Assembly: GCA_964016885.1 (NCBI GenBank) | Contig: OZ024742.1 | Location: 194,494,001 to 194,558,000 of the forward strand | Reading direction: 5' to 3' | Source of the DNA: Eledone cirrhosa | Lineage: Eukaryota | DNA: 64,000 nucleotides | Shown here: positions 26,131 through 37,442 of the stretch, piece after piece | Numbering within the stretch: position 1 is the stretch's first letter | Layout: every line of letters starts with the position of its first letter | Notes under the pieces: generated by a model | Seen by the model: only the letters and a program-made list of their open reading frames with translations | Told to the model about the DNA's origin: nothing | Database searches by the model: none | Position numbers and translations under genes: made by a program

Positions 26131-26714
26131 CATTTATATAGAACAAATAATGAAATATATCGACACATATTTTGATGCCATTAATATTGAAATCCTATAG
26201 AAATATAATCTTGTAGCACTAACATTGTATTCTGATATGCTGTTATAGAAGTAATTAAGACATCACAAATATGTGTTGGTATAAGCCCACATAGAGTGTT
26301 CAGAACCGAACACTCTACCTTTCTACAAAAGGAAGGAATACCATTGGATAATATAGCCCGCCGCACAGTACAATTCAAAGTAAAATATATTGGTGCAATA
26401 AGGGACGGTCAACTATGGGGCCTAAAACATGTCCATATGTGACCTAAAATCACAGCGAGAGAGCCATTACGTGGTCACAGAACATGCTGAAATAACAGCC
26501 TAATCATTCTAAAATCATAATTAATTCTGAATGTGTCGAACAACTAAACGATCTTCGTCGATAGCGACGGTGGATATATTATCATCATTTAAATATGTAT
26601 TCTTTAATGCATCTGATAACTTTGACATGTCTTCGCTATGAAACCGCTGCTAACACAGAGTGAAGTAAAACTGTTAATATAATTATTTTCAACTTTCATA
26701 TTATATATTAATTA

Positions 26715-26903
26715 GGGCGTTGGATTGGCAGTATCGGTAGAGCGTCGGACGCCATGCTTTGCAGCACAGTTACGTCCCTTTACGGACTGAGTTCAAATCC
26801 CGCCGAGGTTAACTTTGCCTTTCATCCTTACGGGTCGATAAAATAAAGTACCAGTAATACATTGGGATAATTGCTGGCCTTGTACCAAAAGTAGAAACAA
26901 TTA
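26715..26903 (+). mobile_element. tRNA-derived SINE with Nin/Deu-like central domain
   Basis: Homologous along its length to 10549-10740, with B-box GAGTTCAAATCC. Confidence 0.85.
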
Positions 26904-26937
26904 TATATTAATTAGTCTTTTCTTTCATTTCTACACC

Positions 26938-27000
<63 letters not shown>

Positions 27001-27003
<3 letters not shown>

Positions 27004-27155
27004 ATATTAACAAATGGAAACTATATTTATAAAACCATATTTATTTCATTATACATATTTGACAGGGCCGGCAGAGCAAATTATGGTGCGCTTTCATCAG
27101 ATAAAATATAATATAGGTTAGTTTTATAAATATAGTTCCCATTTGTTAATATATT
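27001..27155 (-). mobile_element. Short Penelope-like terminal fragment with ~35-bp inverted ends
   Basis: AATATATTAACAAATGGAAACTATATTTATAAAAC...GTTTTATAAATATAGTTCCCATTTGTTAATATATT; CTGATGA on the minus strand; homolog at ~21350-21468 (+). Confidence 0.55.
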
Positions 27156-27249
27156 GTATATTTACACCAATAATTTGTTGAGTGCTTTATATCAGTTATA
27201 AAAATGTTTTGCTTGTTGTATCCCAACAAATTAAATATAACCTCTACAT

Positions 27250-27313
<64 letters not shown>

Positions 27314-27420
27314 TATTTTCCGTAGTGTTGTAATATAAATATTACACACAGTAGATGGACAGCTCACGTAGAGTTTGCTCGACGGTTCCAGTTGTAGTTC
27401 CAAAAGTAATCCGGAGAAAA

Positions 27421-28951
27421 ATAGAAGGATTTTAATGGATACAGTTTAGTTAAAAGGAATTTATTGACACGTGTTTCTATAACAGTTACATAACCTGAAA
27501 ACAGCTGCTATCTACAAAGTATTAGTTATGCAGAGATTCAATATTTCAATGTTATTATCAACTGTCATTTCATCGGTCTGATTAAACCGTTTCATAAATT
27601 GAATGAAAATCTCAAGTACGTAAATGTTGGGTCTAACCACCCCATCTCTATAATTAAATCTATCCCTAAAAATATTTCCCTTAGAATCTCGGGTCTATCT
27701 TCTAACATACAAGTATTTAAGGAACACGCCGAGTACTACGATAACGCCCTTAGTAAAGCAGGCTACCTCAACAAAATAGAGTATATAGATGAGAACAATC
27801 AAAACACCCAAAATAAATCCCACATAGGTAGATATAATAACACAACACCAAACCACACTTACTACCATATTATACACACCATTAAACCAATAAACAAAAC
27901 TAATAGAAAGCGATGCAAAGAGTACTTATGGTATAACCCTGAATACAATAGTTCCATTAGTACAAATTTACCAGTACTCTTCTTTAAAATAATTAAGAGA
28001 CATTTTCCTACATCACACAAATACCACAAAATCCTAAACCCTACCACTATAAGACTGTCATACTCTACAGCGTTAAACCTTGAACAACACATAAAAAAGA
28101 TCAATACTAGAGGGTTAAACGAAAACACTAAAAACTTAAGTACAAAGAACACAAAAAAAACAGTAGACAATACACTACAGAACATAAATAAACCACACCT
28201 AAGTTCGTCCGCAATACTACTCCAGAGAAAACCCAACGTACACAACTGTAACTGCACCTATCCTGACAACTGCCCCCTCGGCAATAACTGCCTGGAAAAA
28301 AATATTATTTATAAGTGTACCATTAAATCCAGAGGCAACGAGTGGTATTACGTGGGATCAACGGCAACATCGTTTATAGGCATTCTATAGGCATTCTTAC
28401 TCAATAAAACACCAGAGCCAAAGAAATGTAACAACTTTAGCAGAAAAAGCTTGGACGCTCAGGGATAGCGATCAAAAGTTTACCCTAAAATGGGAGAAAT
28501 TAGCTAAAACCCAAAGCTTTTTCAGGAGCCAAAATTTCTGCAAATTGTGTAGTCTTGAGATCTATTACATAATCACACACAAGAGGAAATTGCTGAATAA
28601 CAGAATTGAACGAACATTATTCTGCCGTCACCGAACTAAAACCCTTTTTTCCCACTACAAGCTGAATATTACATAAAAGAGGGACATCTCCCCAATTATA
28701 TAAACCTCAATCTAGTTAGAAAAATATAAAAACAATCTCTTCTCAACATATATATGTATATTAATAACCTTAAATTACCACACTAATAATGGAAGGATAT
28801 GCTGATGAGAATAGGTGCAAATATGCTATAATGAATGTGTCTAAAAGCGACCATAAGTATGTATATACATGTGAAAATGTATATAAATAAGTAAATATAT
28901 ATATGTGTTTGATGTGTATAGTTAGATGTAAGTGCATTCATATATTAAAGT

Positions 28952-29018
<67 letters not shown>

Positions 29019-29641
29019 GACTGGAGTATGTGAGTATATATGTGTGTGTCTATACGTGTGTATATAAAGATAAGTTGAGTATGAAAATGTATACACATGA
29101 ACGCGTATGTATGTACATGTATATATGTGTATATATATATATATGTATGCATGTGTATATGTATGTAAGTATGAGCATGTAAGTATGTGTATGTGAGTAT
29201 ATGTATTTTGTAGAGGTGTGCATATATGTTTGTGTGTGAAAGCGTGGGCGAAAGGATACGTACACTTGAAAGAAAAATTTAAGTCTGAATGTTAATTAAG
29301 TGCAAACACAAAACCAACCACGCATATCTATACTATCTCTAATCCTTCTATAGATTTAGAAAAATAACCAATAATATATTCTATAAAAATGTCAAAACAA
29401 CAGATGGGAATCTAATTACTCACTGCCACCAAAAATTCTCACTGCTATCAAAAAACCACTCCCTCAACTATTCTTCTAACAACTTCACCCCTCACTCCTA
29501 ATATTCTCTATAAAAACCAAACAGGTCCTCAGTAAAATTATTCCCATGAAATGACAGTTGATAATAACATTGAAATATTGAATGTCTACATAAACACGTG
29601 TCAATAAATTCCTTTTAACTAAACTGTACCCATTAAAATCC

Positions 29642-29646
<5 letters not shown>
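27421..29646 (+). mobile_element. 5'-truncated Penelope-like element (Naiad-like): RT thumb, Cys linker, GIY-YIG; inverted copy of its 3' end placed upstream
   Basis: LKYVNVGSNHP, LWYNPEY, IRLSYS, CNC...CPLGNNCLEKNIIYKC, YYVGST, CKLCSLE. 27421-27575 is inverted relative to 29545-29646. Confidence 0.85.
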
Positions 29647-29685
<39 letters not shown>

Positions 29686-29689
<4 letters not shown>

Positions 29690-30225
29690 TAAAATAACAG
29701 ATTAAAGTTTAAGCAAAGAATCGCAGCTTTCACACTTAACGGGATCTTCTGAAACTAACAAAGTCAATCTGTGAACCTAGAAGTGAATATTTCAAAAAAA
29801 TCGTTGCAACCGGAGGAAGACAGGAAGATGATACTTTGGTTCGTGGAAACGTTCTCTGGCAATGAACGGAAAAAACGAAGATAATACGTCAAATGTGGAG
29901 AAGAGAGAACAATTGCACGTAAAGACAAAACCACGTAAATGGTAGACTAAAATTCTAACTAGGAAACCGAATGATTCTCGGCTTCACAATTAAGAAAAAA
30001 GTAAATAAAATACAGAGATAATTGAAATTAAAAATTAAATAAATACATACACGCAACCATATACGTACATACACAAGCATATGCGAACACACTCGCCATA
30101 GGTATACACATACACGCACGTACACACACTCGCACACACACAAAAAAAAACCTGCACGCACATACAGAACCCACGTAACGCCTGTACCCGCACGCATACG
30201 AATGTATACACCATGTATACACATA

Positions 30226-30317
<92 letters not shown>

Positions 30318-31600
30318 AGATCTGTGTGCGTGTATACATATAATTAAATAAACATATATAAATAAATATATACGTATATACAAGCGCACACACATACCTA
30401 CATGTAAATACACATATGTTCGGAGACGCACGTCAACCAAAACACGAAGTACACATATACACACACCCTACATACGTACGAACCCGCATACTCACACAGA
30501 CGCAAAACTCACTTATACACATAATCAAAAGCATATGTACCAGAATATATAATATATACGCCATAACATATACAATCAAATATACGTACGAGGGAGTATA
30601 CGTACCTTCACAAAACATACAGGTAATATATACTTACCTATACAAATAAGTAATGGTATAAACATAACATATACTTAGCTACCACATCAAAACGTAAAAT
30701 ATCCGCGTATAGTTCGTACTATCCGTTAGGGTATAATGTGGAGCTGTAATACAGGAAAGTTTTATACAATTTATGTTTACAAGCCGAAATTGCCTTAGAT
30801 TTTTTGTTTAAGATGTGGTATTTGGCGTAGAGTATTTCCAGGGCCTCAGCGGCGTCGAGGTCACACGGTCTTTTATTTCCGTTATACAATCTATCCTTAC
30901 CTAGGATCTCCCAATCTAAACTATATTGGGTATGGTTGTCTTTCAGGCTCCAGATATAAGCTGAAAGTGACCTCATATTCCTTCTTAAAGGGTAACGAAA
31001 AGAACGTGCGTGTATTTGTATACCTATGGCGAGTGTTTTCTCGTATGCTTGTTTATGTACGTATATGGATGCGTGTATGTATTTATTTACTTTATTCTTA
31101 ACCCTGAAGCCGAGAATCATTCGGTTTCCTAGTTAGAATTTTAGTCTACGACTTAAATTATACCATTTACGTGGTTTTGTCTTTGCGTGCAATGCTTCTC
31201 CCCGCTCCACATATGATGAATTATCTTCGTTTTTTCCGTTCATTGCCAGAGAACGTCTCTATGAACCACCTAATAGAATATTAGTCTACGATTTCTACGT
31301 GGTTTTGTCTTTGCGTGTAATTGTTTTTCACCGCTCCAAATAATGACGTATTATGTTCTTTTTCACGAACCAAAGTATCGTCTTCCTGTCTTCCTCCGGT
31401 TGCAAAGTTTTTTGAAATATTCACTTCTCGTTCACAGTTTGACTTTGTTAGTTTCAGAAAATCCCGTTAAGAGTGGAAGCAGCGATTCTTTGCTTAAACT
31501 TTAATCTTTTATTTTAATAAATATTTGCTCTACGGTTCTTATATAGTTGATATATATTTATCCTTATCGAGCCACCTTTGGATGTTAGTCTTCAAATTTA
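29686..31600 (-). mobile_element. Penelope-like 3' fragment with long inverted repeat arms
   Basis: GIY-YIG C-terminus LSAYIWSLKD...LDWEILG...PCDL...ACKH (30719-31000). 29686-30120 is inverted relative to ~31005-31522. Confidence 0.8.
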
Positions 31601-31664
31601 TTATTATTACTATATATATATATATATGATAAAGAACACAAGAGCGTCTACAACATCAAAAGAT

Positions 31665-31724
31665 TTTTATTGGCTTACAATGTTTCTTCCTTACGTAACC
31701 GTAGGATTCGTCAGAGCTATAAAA
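31665..31724 (-). ncRNA. Minimal type I hammerhead ribozyme, near-intact
   Basis: UUUUAU-A-GCU CUGACGA AUCCUACG-GUUA-CGUAAGGAA GAAA CAUUG UA AGC-CA-AUAAAA. Confidence 0.7.
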
Positions 31725-32511
31725 GGGGTTTGATTGGTGTTATGGACTCTACCAACCAAACATTCAAGAACAAAGAGTAAAGAGAGTAAAGAGCAAAAGT
31801 AGGGGACGATAAGTCTAATTTTGGTGCGGGAGGGGGGGGGGGGTCCTCGTTTACTAGCTGCGGTCATATTCATTCCCGGGAGTCGAGTGGTTAGCTGAAC
31901 CATAGATGGGGTGGCGTCGATAGTATGGTGCAGAGGGTGTGCAGAGGCTACATAAACACAAAGGGCATACAATATATATATATATAACGGAGGAGAAAGT
32001 ACATGAGGTAATTAGAAATGGAAAAAGAGTAATAATAATAATCTATAATTAATAATGTATAATAAGGCATGGGGAAGATTACACTATAATAAGGTATAAA
32101 AGTAAGAATAAGGTAAAATATAAAGGAGGATAAAAGTGGAAATAATAAAGATAAAAAATATATATGTAAAAAAATATATAGAGAATATATAAAGAAATAT
32201 AAGCGAGTATTTGGAGGGGAAAACACAATGTAAAAAAACCGATTTTTTCAAATAAAAATAAAAATATTATAATTATGGGGGGAGAAAACGGGATAGAGAA
32301 ATATGATCAAATGTGATTAGTTGAGAGAATATAAGATGATAATAGTTATGTCAAGTTTATACATCTTAATAATAAATAATCTGTGTATCAGAGTTACAGA
32401 ACCTTCAATTCACTTACAGGTTCAAGCCACGTGGCATAGTCCATTGTTTATCTGTGCGGTCATGCGCGTTTGTTTTTGACACCACAGCAGATGCACAAGT
32501 TTTATTATTAT

Positions 32512-32558
<47 letters not shown>

Positions 32559-32709
32559 TATGTATACATACATACATATATATATATGCATATATGTATA
32601 TATATAGAGAGAGAGAAAGAGATTGAGAGTGAGAGAGAGATAGAGAGAGAGTGGGGTGAGAGAGAAACAGTTAAGCAGACAGGCAGAGATAGATGGATAG
32701 ATAGGTCGC

Positions 32710-32710
<1 letters not shown>

Positions 32711-32786
<76 letters not shown>
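32711..32786. repeat. (GATA)n microsatellite
   Basis: Direct reading. Confidence 0.97.
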
Positions 32787-33353
32787 CAGTATATAGATAC
32801 AAATTTCAATCAAGAGACATTGGTTAACTCGAGGCTATAATGGAGAACACTTGCATAAGATGGCACGTAGTGGGGATAAACTCAGAAAATCCCTGGTTCT
32901 GAAACGAGTACCGTTAATAAACAGCCGTGCCTGTATTTGCTAGTATTAGAATAAATCAAATGGAAAATGTTTCTATTGGTTTTGTAGTCATAGATGGAAG
33001 ATATAATCAACATTATATGTAGTATGTTATATATTTATAACCCAGATTTTAATTGCTTTATATATTCTGTAAACTGATATGAATATGAATATATTAAAGA
33101 TACATATACGATGTAAGACTGAATCCCGTCAGGTGATCTATGACCAAATTACTTGCTAAAATAGATCATATATATAAATGTGTGTGTGTGTCTGTGTGTG
33201 TGTGTGAGTGTATGTGTGTGTGTGTGTGGGGGAGGAGGGGAGGGGTACGTGTGTGTGTGTATTTAAAAGGAAAAACAGTAATAACAATACCATCGGTACA
33301 GTATATGGAAGGAATATATTAAGTTAACGCTTGAAATAGCAGGAAGAAGGTCG

Positions 33354-33386
33354 TAACGTTTCGGACGGTAGTCCTTCATCAGAAGA
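33354..33386 (-). ncRNA. Hammerhead core with poor stem I
   Basis: CUGAUGA-A-GGAC-UACC-GUCC-GAAACGUU with palindromic AACGUU. Confidence 0.55.
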
Positions 33387-33519
33387 AAGAATGAGAAATT
33401 AGATAGATTGAAGGGACGGGAGGGTTGGAATTGAAAAAAATATCTTTACATAAAAATAACAGGTCCATTCATGTTGACACCTCCTGGAAAATTCTTTTTG
33501 TGTATGATTTATTGATATA

Positions 33520-34392
33520 CGAGGTGTGTCAGAAAAGTTCCAGGACTGATGTCACAAAAGATTTATTTCAAACCCAAAATTCACACTAAGAGTTTTCTCC
33601 TTCAAAGTAATCCCACTGGAGTCTAATGCACTTTTCCATCCTTTTCTGCCACGCTTGCATGCACTCCGGGAAGTATTCTTCCGGGATGCTCCGCAGTTCT
33701 GTAGTCACGGCCATTTTGATGTCGTCACGTCTTCAAAACGGGTCTCCTCCGGGTTGTACTCGAAGATCCATGACTCATCACCGGTGAGGACTGTCCCTAG
33801 CAAGTCTGGTTCGGTTTCAAGACGCTCAAGGATGTCCTGGCACTCTTGCATGGGTCGACCCTTCTGGTCATCGTTCAGCAGTTTTGGCACCATCTTCGCG
33901 CAGACTTTCCCCATGTTCAAATTTTCAGTGAGAATCTTACAGACGCTGTCCCGATTCATGCCCAGCTCATTTGCCATCAGTCGAACAGTCAGCCGACGAT
34001 CGCTACGCTCTATCTGCCTGACGCGCTCAACGTTAACCTCTGTCCTGGTTGTTGAGGGCCTTCCGCTCCTGGGGGGCATCTTGCACCGCTCAAAAACATG
34101 TCTCATCTCCATACACTTGCTGCAGCAATCCCAGTGCTTCTGACGGAGTTTTCCCCAACCGTACCAGAAACTTCAAGTTTGTTCGTTGCTCTGTGCTCAT
34201 TGTTGTTTCATTGCTGAAACAGAGGACATGTATATAAAATTATGAAGAAAAAAATTTGATCACTGCAGAGAGCTAAAATTTCAGTTACATACTCCAGGGG
34301 GATTACTTTGAAGGAGAAAACTCTTAGTGTGAAGTTTGGGTTTGAAATAAATATTTTGTGACATCAGTCCGGGAACTTTTCTGACACATCTC

Positions 34393-34393
<1 letters not shown>
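33520..34393 (-). mobile_element. Internally deleted Tc1/mariner DNA transposon with ~100-bp terminal inverted repeats
   Basis: TA|CGAGGTGTGTCAGAAAAGTTCC ... GGAACTTTTCTGACACATCTCG|TA. Transposase fragment has RSGRPST, KVCAKMVPKLL and VLTGDESWIFEY. Confidence 0.92.
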
Positions 34394-34453
<60 letters not shown>

Positions 34454-34553
34454 TGAAGTAATTCCATCGGAAAAGTCCAGGAAAAAAGAGTGCTCTATGT
34501 AGGCAACAGAGCTTAATTATTATTATTATGTAATAAACAACATAAGGCAATTA

Positions 34554-34612
34554 TTCCATTTACCAGTGGTTTCTTAAAAGCAAAAGGTTTTGCTTTCAAT
34601 CCTCAGAACGAA
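34554..34612 (-). ncRNA. Type I hammerhead ribozyme, apparently intact
   Basis: UUCGUU CUGAGGA UUGAAAGCAAA-ACCU-UUUGCUUUUAA GAAA CC-ACU-GG UA AAUGGA: all three stems pair and the cleavage triplet is GUA. Confidence 0.82.
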
Positions 34613-35209
34613 AAAATCCTGGTTTGTTTATTGAATTTGGATTACAAAAACAAAAATGCAATCTATATGAAAGTGAGGCTGGAGAAGGGAGAAGGAAAGG
34701 AAAAATAAAATAAAATAAAACTACGCATGCAAACACACACACAAAAAAACCCAAAAGCATACTTACACACACATACATATATACATATATATATATGTAC
34801 GCATACATATATACATATACACATATATATAAAACGTACACTTACATACACATACACATATATACACACATATACACATACATACATTAATACATATACA
34901 CACACGCACACACACACATACACACACACACACACGCATACACACACACATATATATATATGTACATATATATATATATATATATTAAAAATTGTTGACA
35001 CCGATACATGACCCAGCTAACAGGACAGACACGCGTGGTAAGTAATACACACAAAAGCACGTATACATACGTACGAAATAGTAAACACATACACACACTC
35101 TCATACATAAATATACATAAACAAATACAAAAACACATACATACACATACATACACAAACACGCACACGTATACAATATAAACACACACACATGCATATG
35201 TAATTATAT

Positions 35210-35256
<47 letters not shown>

Positions 35257-35454
35257 AAAATATAAAAATATAAACGCACACACACACACACACATATATA
35301 CGTAACACACACATATACATACATAGCTAAACAATTATACACATGCAAATACGTATATATCAAAAACACGCACAACCAAATACAAATATACACACACACA
35401 CACAACCACACACACACATACATAAAAAAATAATAAATACACACACACATATAC

Positions 35455-35513
<59 letters not shown>

Positions 35514-35663
35514 TACACATATACGTACATATACACATATGCATACACATACACACACACATATACATGTGTGTATGTGTAAAACTCAGTATTAGAAAAG
35601 ACAAATGAACCTTACAAAAACGTATATATAGTAGTAAAGTAATAAAGCAACATAAGGCAATTA

Positions 35664-35722
35664 TTCCATTCACCAGAGGTTTCTTAAAAGCAAAAAATGT
35701 TTCCTTCAATCTTCAGAATGAA
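35664..35722 (-). ncRNA. Second copy of the hammerhead, probably inactive
   Basis: UUCAUU CUGAAGA ... GAAA CC-UCU-GG UG AAUGGA: GUG triplet and a weaker stem II. Confidence 0.65.
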
Positions 35723-37345
35723 AAAAATGAAAAAAACTTGGTTTATCCACATATACATACATATACACACACAAATATACACATATATACACATACACAT
35801 ACACACACATACATATATATATATATATACATACACATATATACATACACATATACATATATATATATATATACATATATATATACACACAAAAATACAT
35901 ACACATACACATAGGTATGTGAAGGGCAAAACAAAAAGAATATATGGGGGGGGGGCTAAGAGGAGGTAAAATATAAGGGGAGGTAAGGGAGAAAAAAAAA
36001 TTAGTAAATATACAAGAGTACAGAAGGTAGAATCAGCAAAATAAAAACCGTAGCAGAAGTAAAGAGCAGAAAAGGAGTTCAAGGCGGTTGATTTATCATA
36101 GGAGTGTCAATCCAGTTACAGATCAGATGCGATTTCAGATGAGGACAGCATCTGAAGATCTCAGTCTTTGAGTTAAGGCAAGCGGAAGTGGCTCTCAAGT
36201 TTAGCAAAATCCTATACTTTTCTGTGGTGCACAAAGAACAATTCTTTAGTACTCCCTCGAATGGTCTAATATAGACCAATCAATAGAGTACGGGATATTA
36301 CTATCCTTGAGATCCCATACCTTACTTGCGAGGGCCGTTGATGTTCGTTTATCGGAGTGCTTAAAAGAAGCGACATGTGAGTAAAATCTGGTTTTAAACC
36401 TGTCCTGGGTCATACCGACATATCGCTCACTCCTGGCTGGCTGGTTGTTGATAACTGGCGTTATCTTAGCCTCATAAACGACAGATTTTGTGTTACATTT
36501 ACCCTGCAATGGGCATTCGTCCGGCTTCCTGCAACTGCATCCTGGATTTATCCTCGTACGGTTTGAACTGGTGATTTTGGACTTCATAGATGGGCAACAA
36601 GAGTAGCTGATCTTAACTACATTCCTATTAAAAATCTTATAATGTCTATGAATAGGAGGAAAATGTTTGTCTAATAGTTCAAGGAATTTCCTTCCTACAT
36701 TAGTTTTGACAGTTAGAGAGAAGGGGGGTGTGAACCAAATAATCTTCCTTTTCCTGTTATTATGGTTAGTTTTTTGGGGGGAGTAGGTAAATAAGAAATT
36801 GTTTCTGTAAAACCGCTGTTCTTAAGGGCTTTATTATAATAAGGAGCGGCTTTATTAAAAACGTCTATAGACGAAGATAAGGTAGAAATCCTACGGCTAA
36901 TGTTAGGAATAAGATTATTAAAAACTATAGGGGGATGGCAAGACTCTTTGTGTATATACCTAAGATTTTCATTAGGTTTATGATAGGGTTTAAAAGAGGC
37001 AGTAAGTAGATCAAGATTAATATCAAGAAAGTTAGCATTAGTAAGGTTCGTGTCTATAGTAATTTTAAGGTTAAGATTATATATATGTGTATATGCATTA
37101 GATTTGATTGGCAAATTTGGCAACGTGACGATTCCTAAGTATTACAAATGAATGCCTTCCATGTTTTACTAATGGGATGTTGGTCAGAGATGAAGAAAGT
37201 GACTGAGGGAGAAAGAGAGAGCAGTTTATATATAAATTTTAGTATAGTACCCGTCTAGTGAAAAGATCCATCATTTAAAGCAAATCTATTTCTTCTTCTT
37301 CTTCTTTTTATTATTATTATTATTATTATTATTGTTATTGTTATT

Positions 37346-37386
37346 CCTTGAATCTCAGTCATTGATGTTGGTTAACTGGAAAGTCC

Positions 37387-37389
<3 letters not shown>
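37346..37389 (-). mobile_element. 44-bp 3'-terminal stub of Dong family A
   Basis: CCTTGAATCTCAGTCATTGATGTTGGTTAACTGGAAAGTCCGTT between (TTA)n tracts. Confidence 0.9.
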
Positions 37390-37431
<42 letters not shown>

Positions 37432-37442
37432 GTTGTTGTTGT

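Larger units (their letters stand above)
34530..37078 (-). mobile_element. 5'-truncated Penelope-like element (Naiad-like) with two downstream hammerhead-bearing repeats
   Basis: NFLDINLDL, KPYHKPN...YIHKESCHPP, CSCRKPDECPLQGKC...VVYEAKI, YVGMT...FKTRFYSH, CSLCTTEK. Repeats at ~34530-34625 and ~35640-35745. Confidence 0.85.

Noticed and set aside
27599-37078. Selenocysteine (in-frame TGA at conserved Cys) as reported for some Naiad Penelope elements
   Set aside because: The Cys-motif positions I could read use ordinary Cys codons, and I recognised no SECIS.
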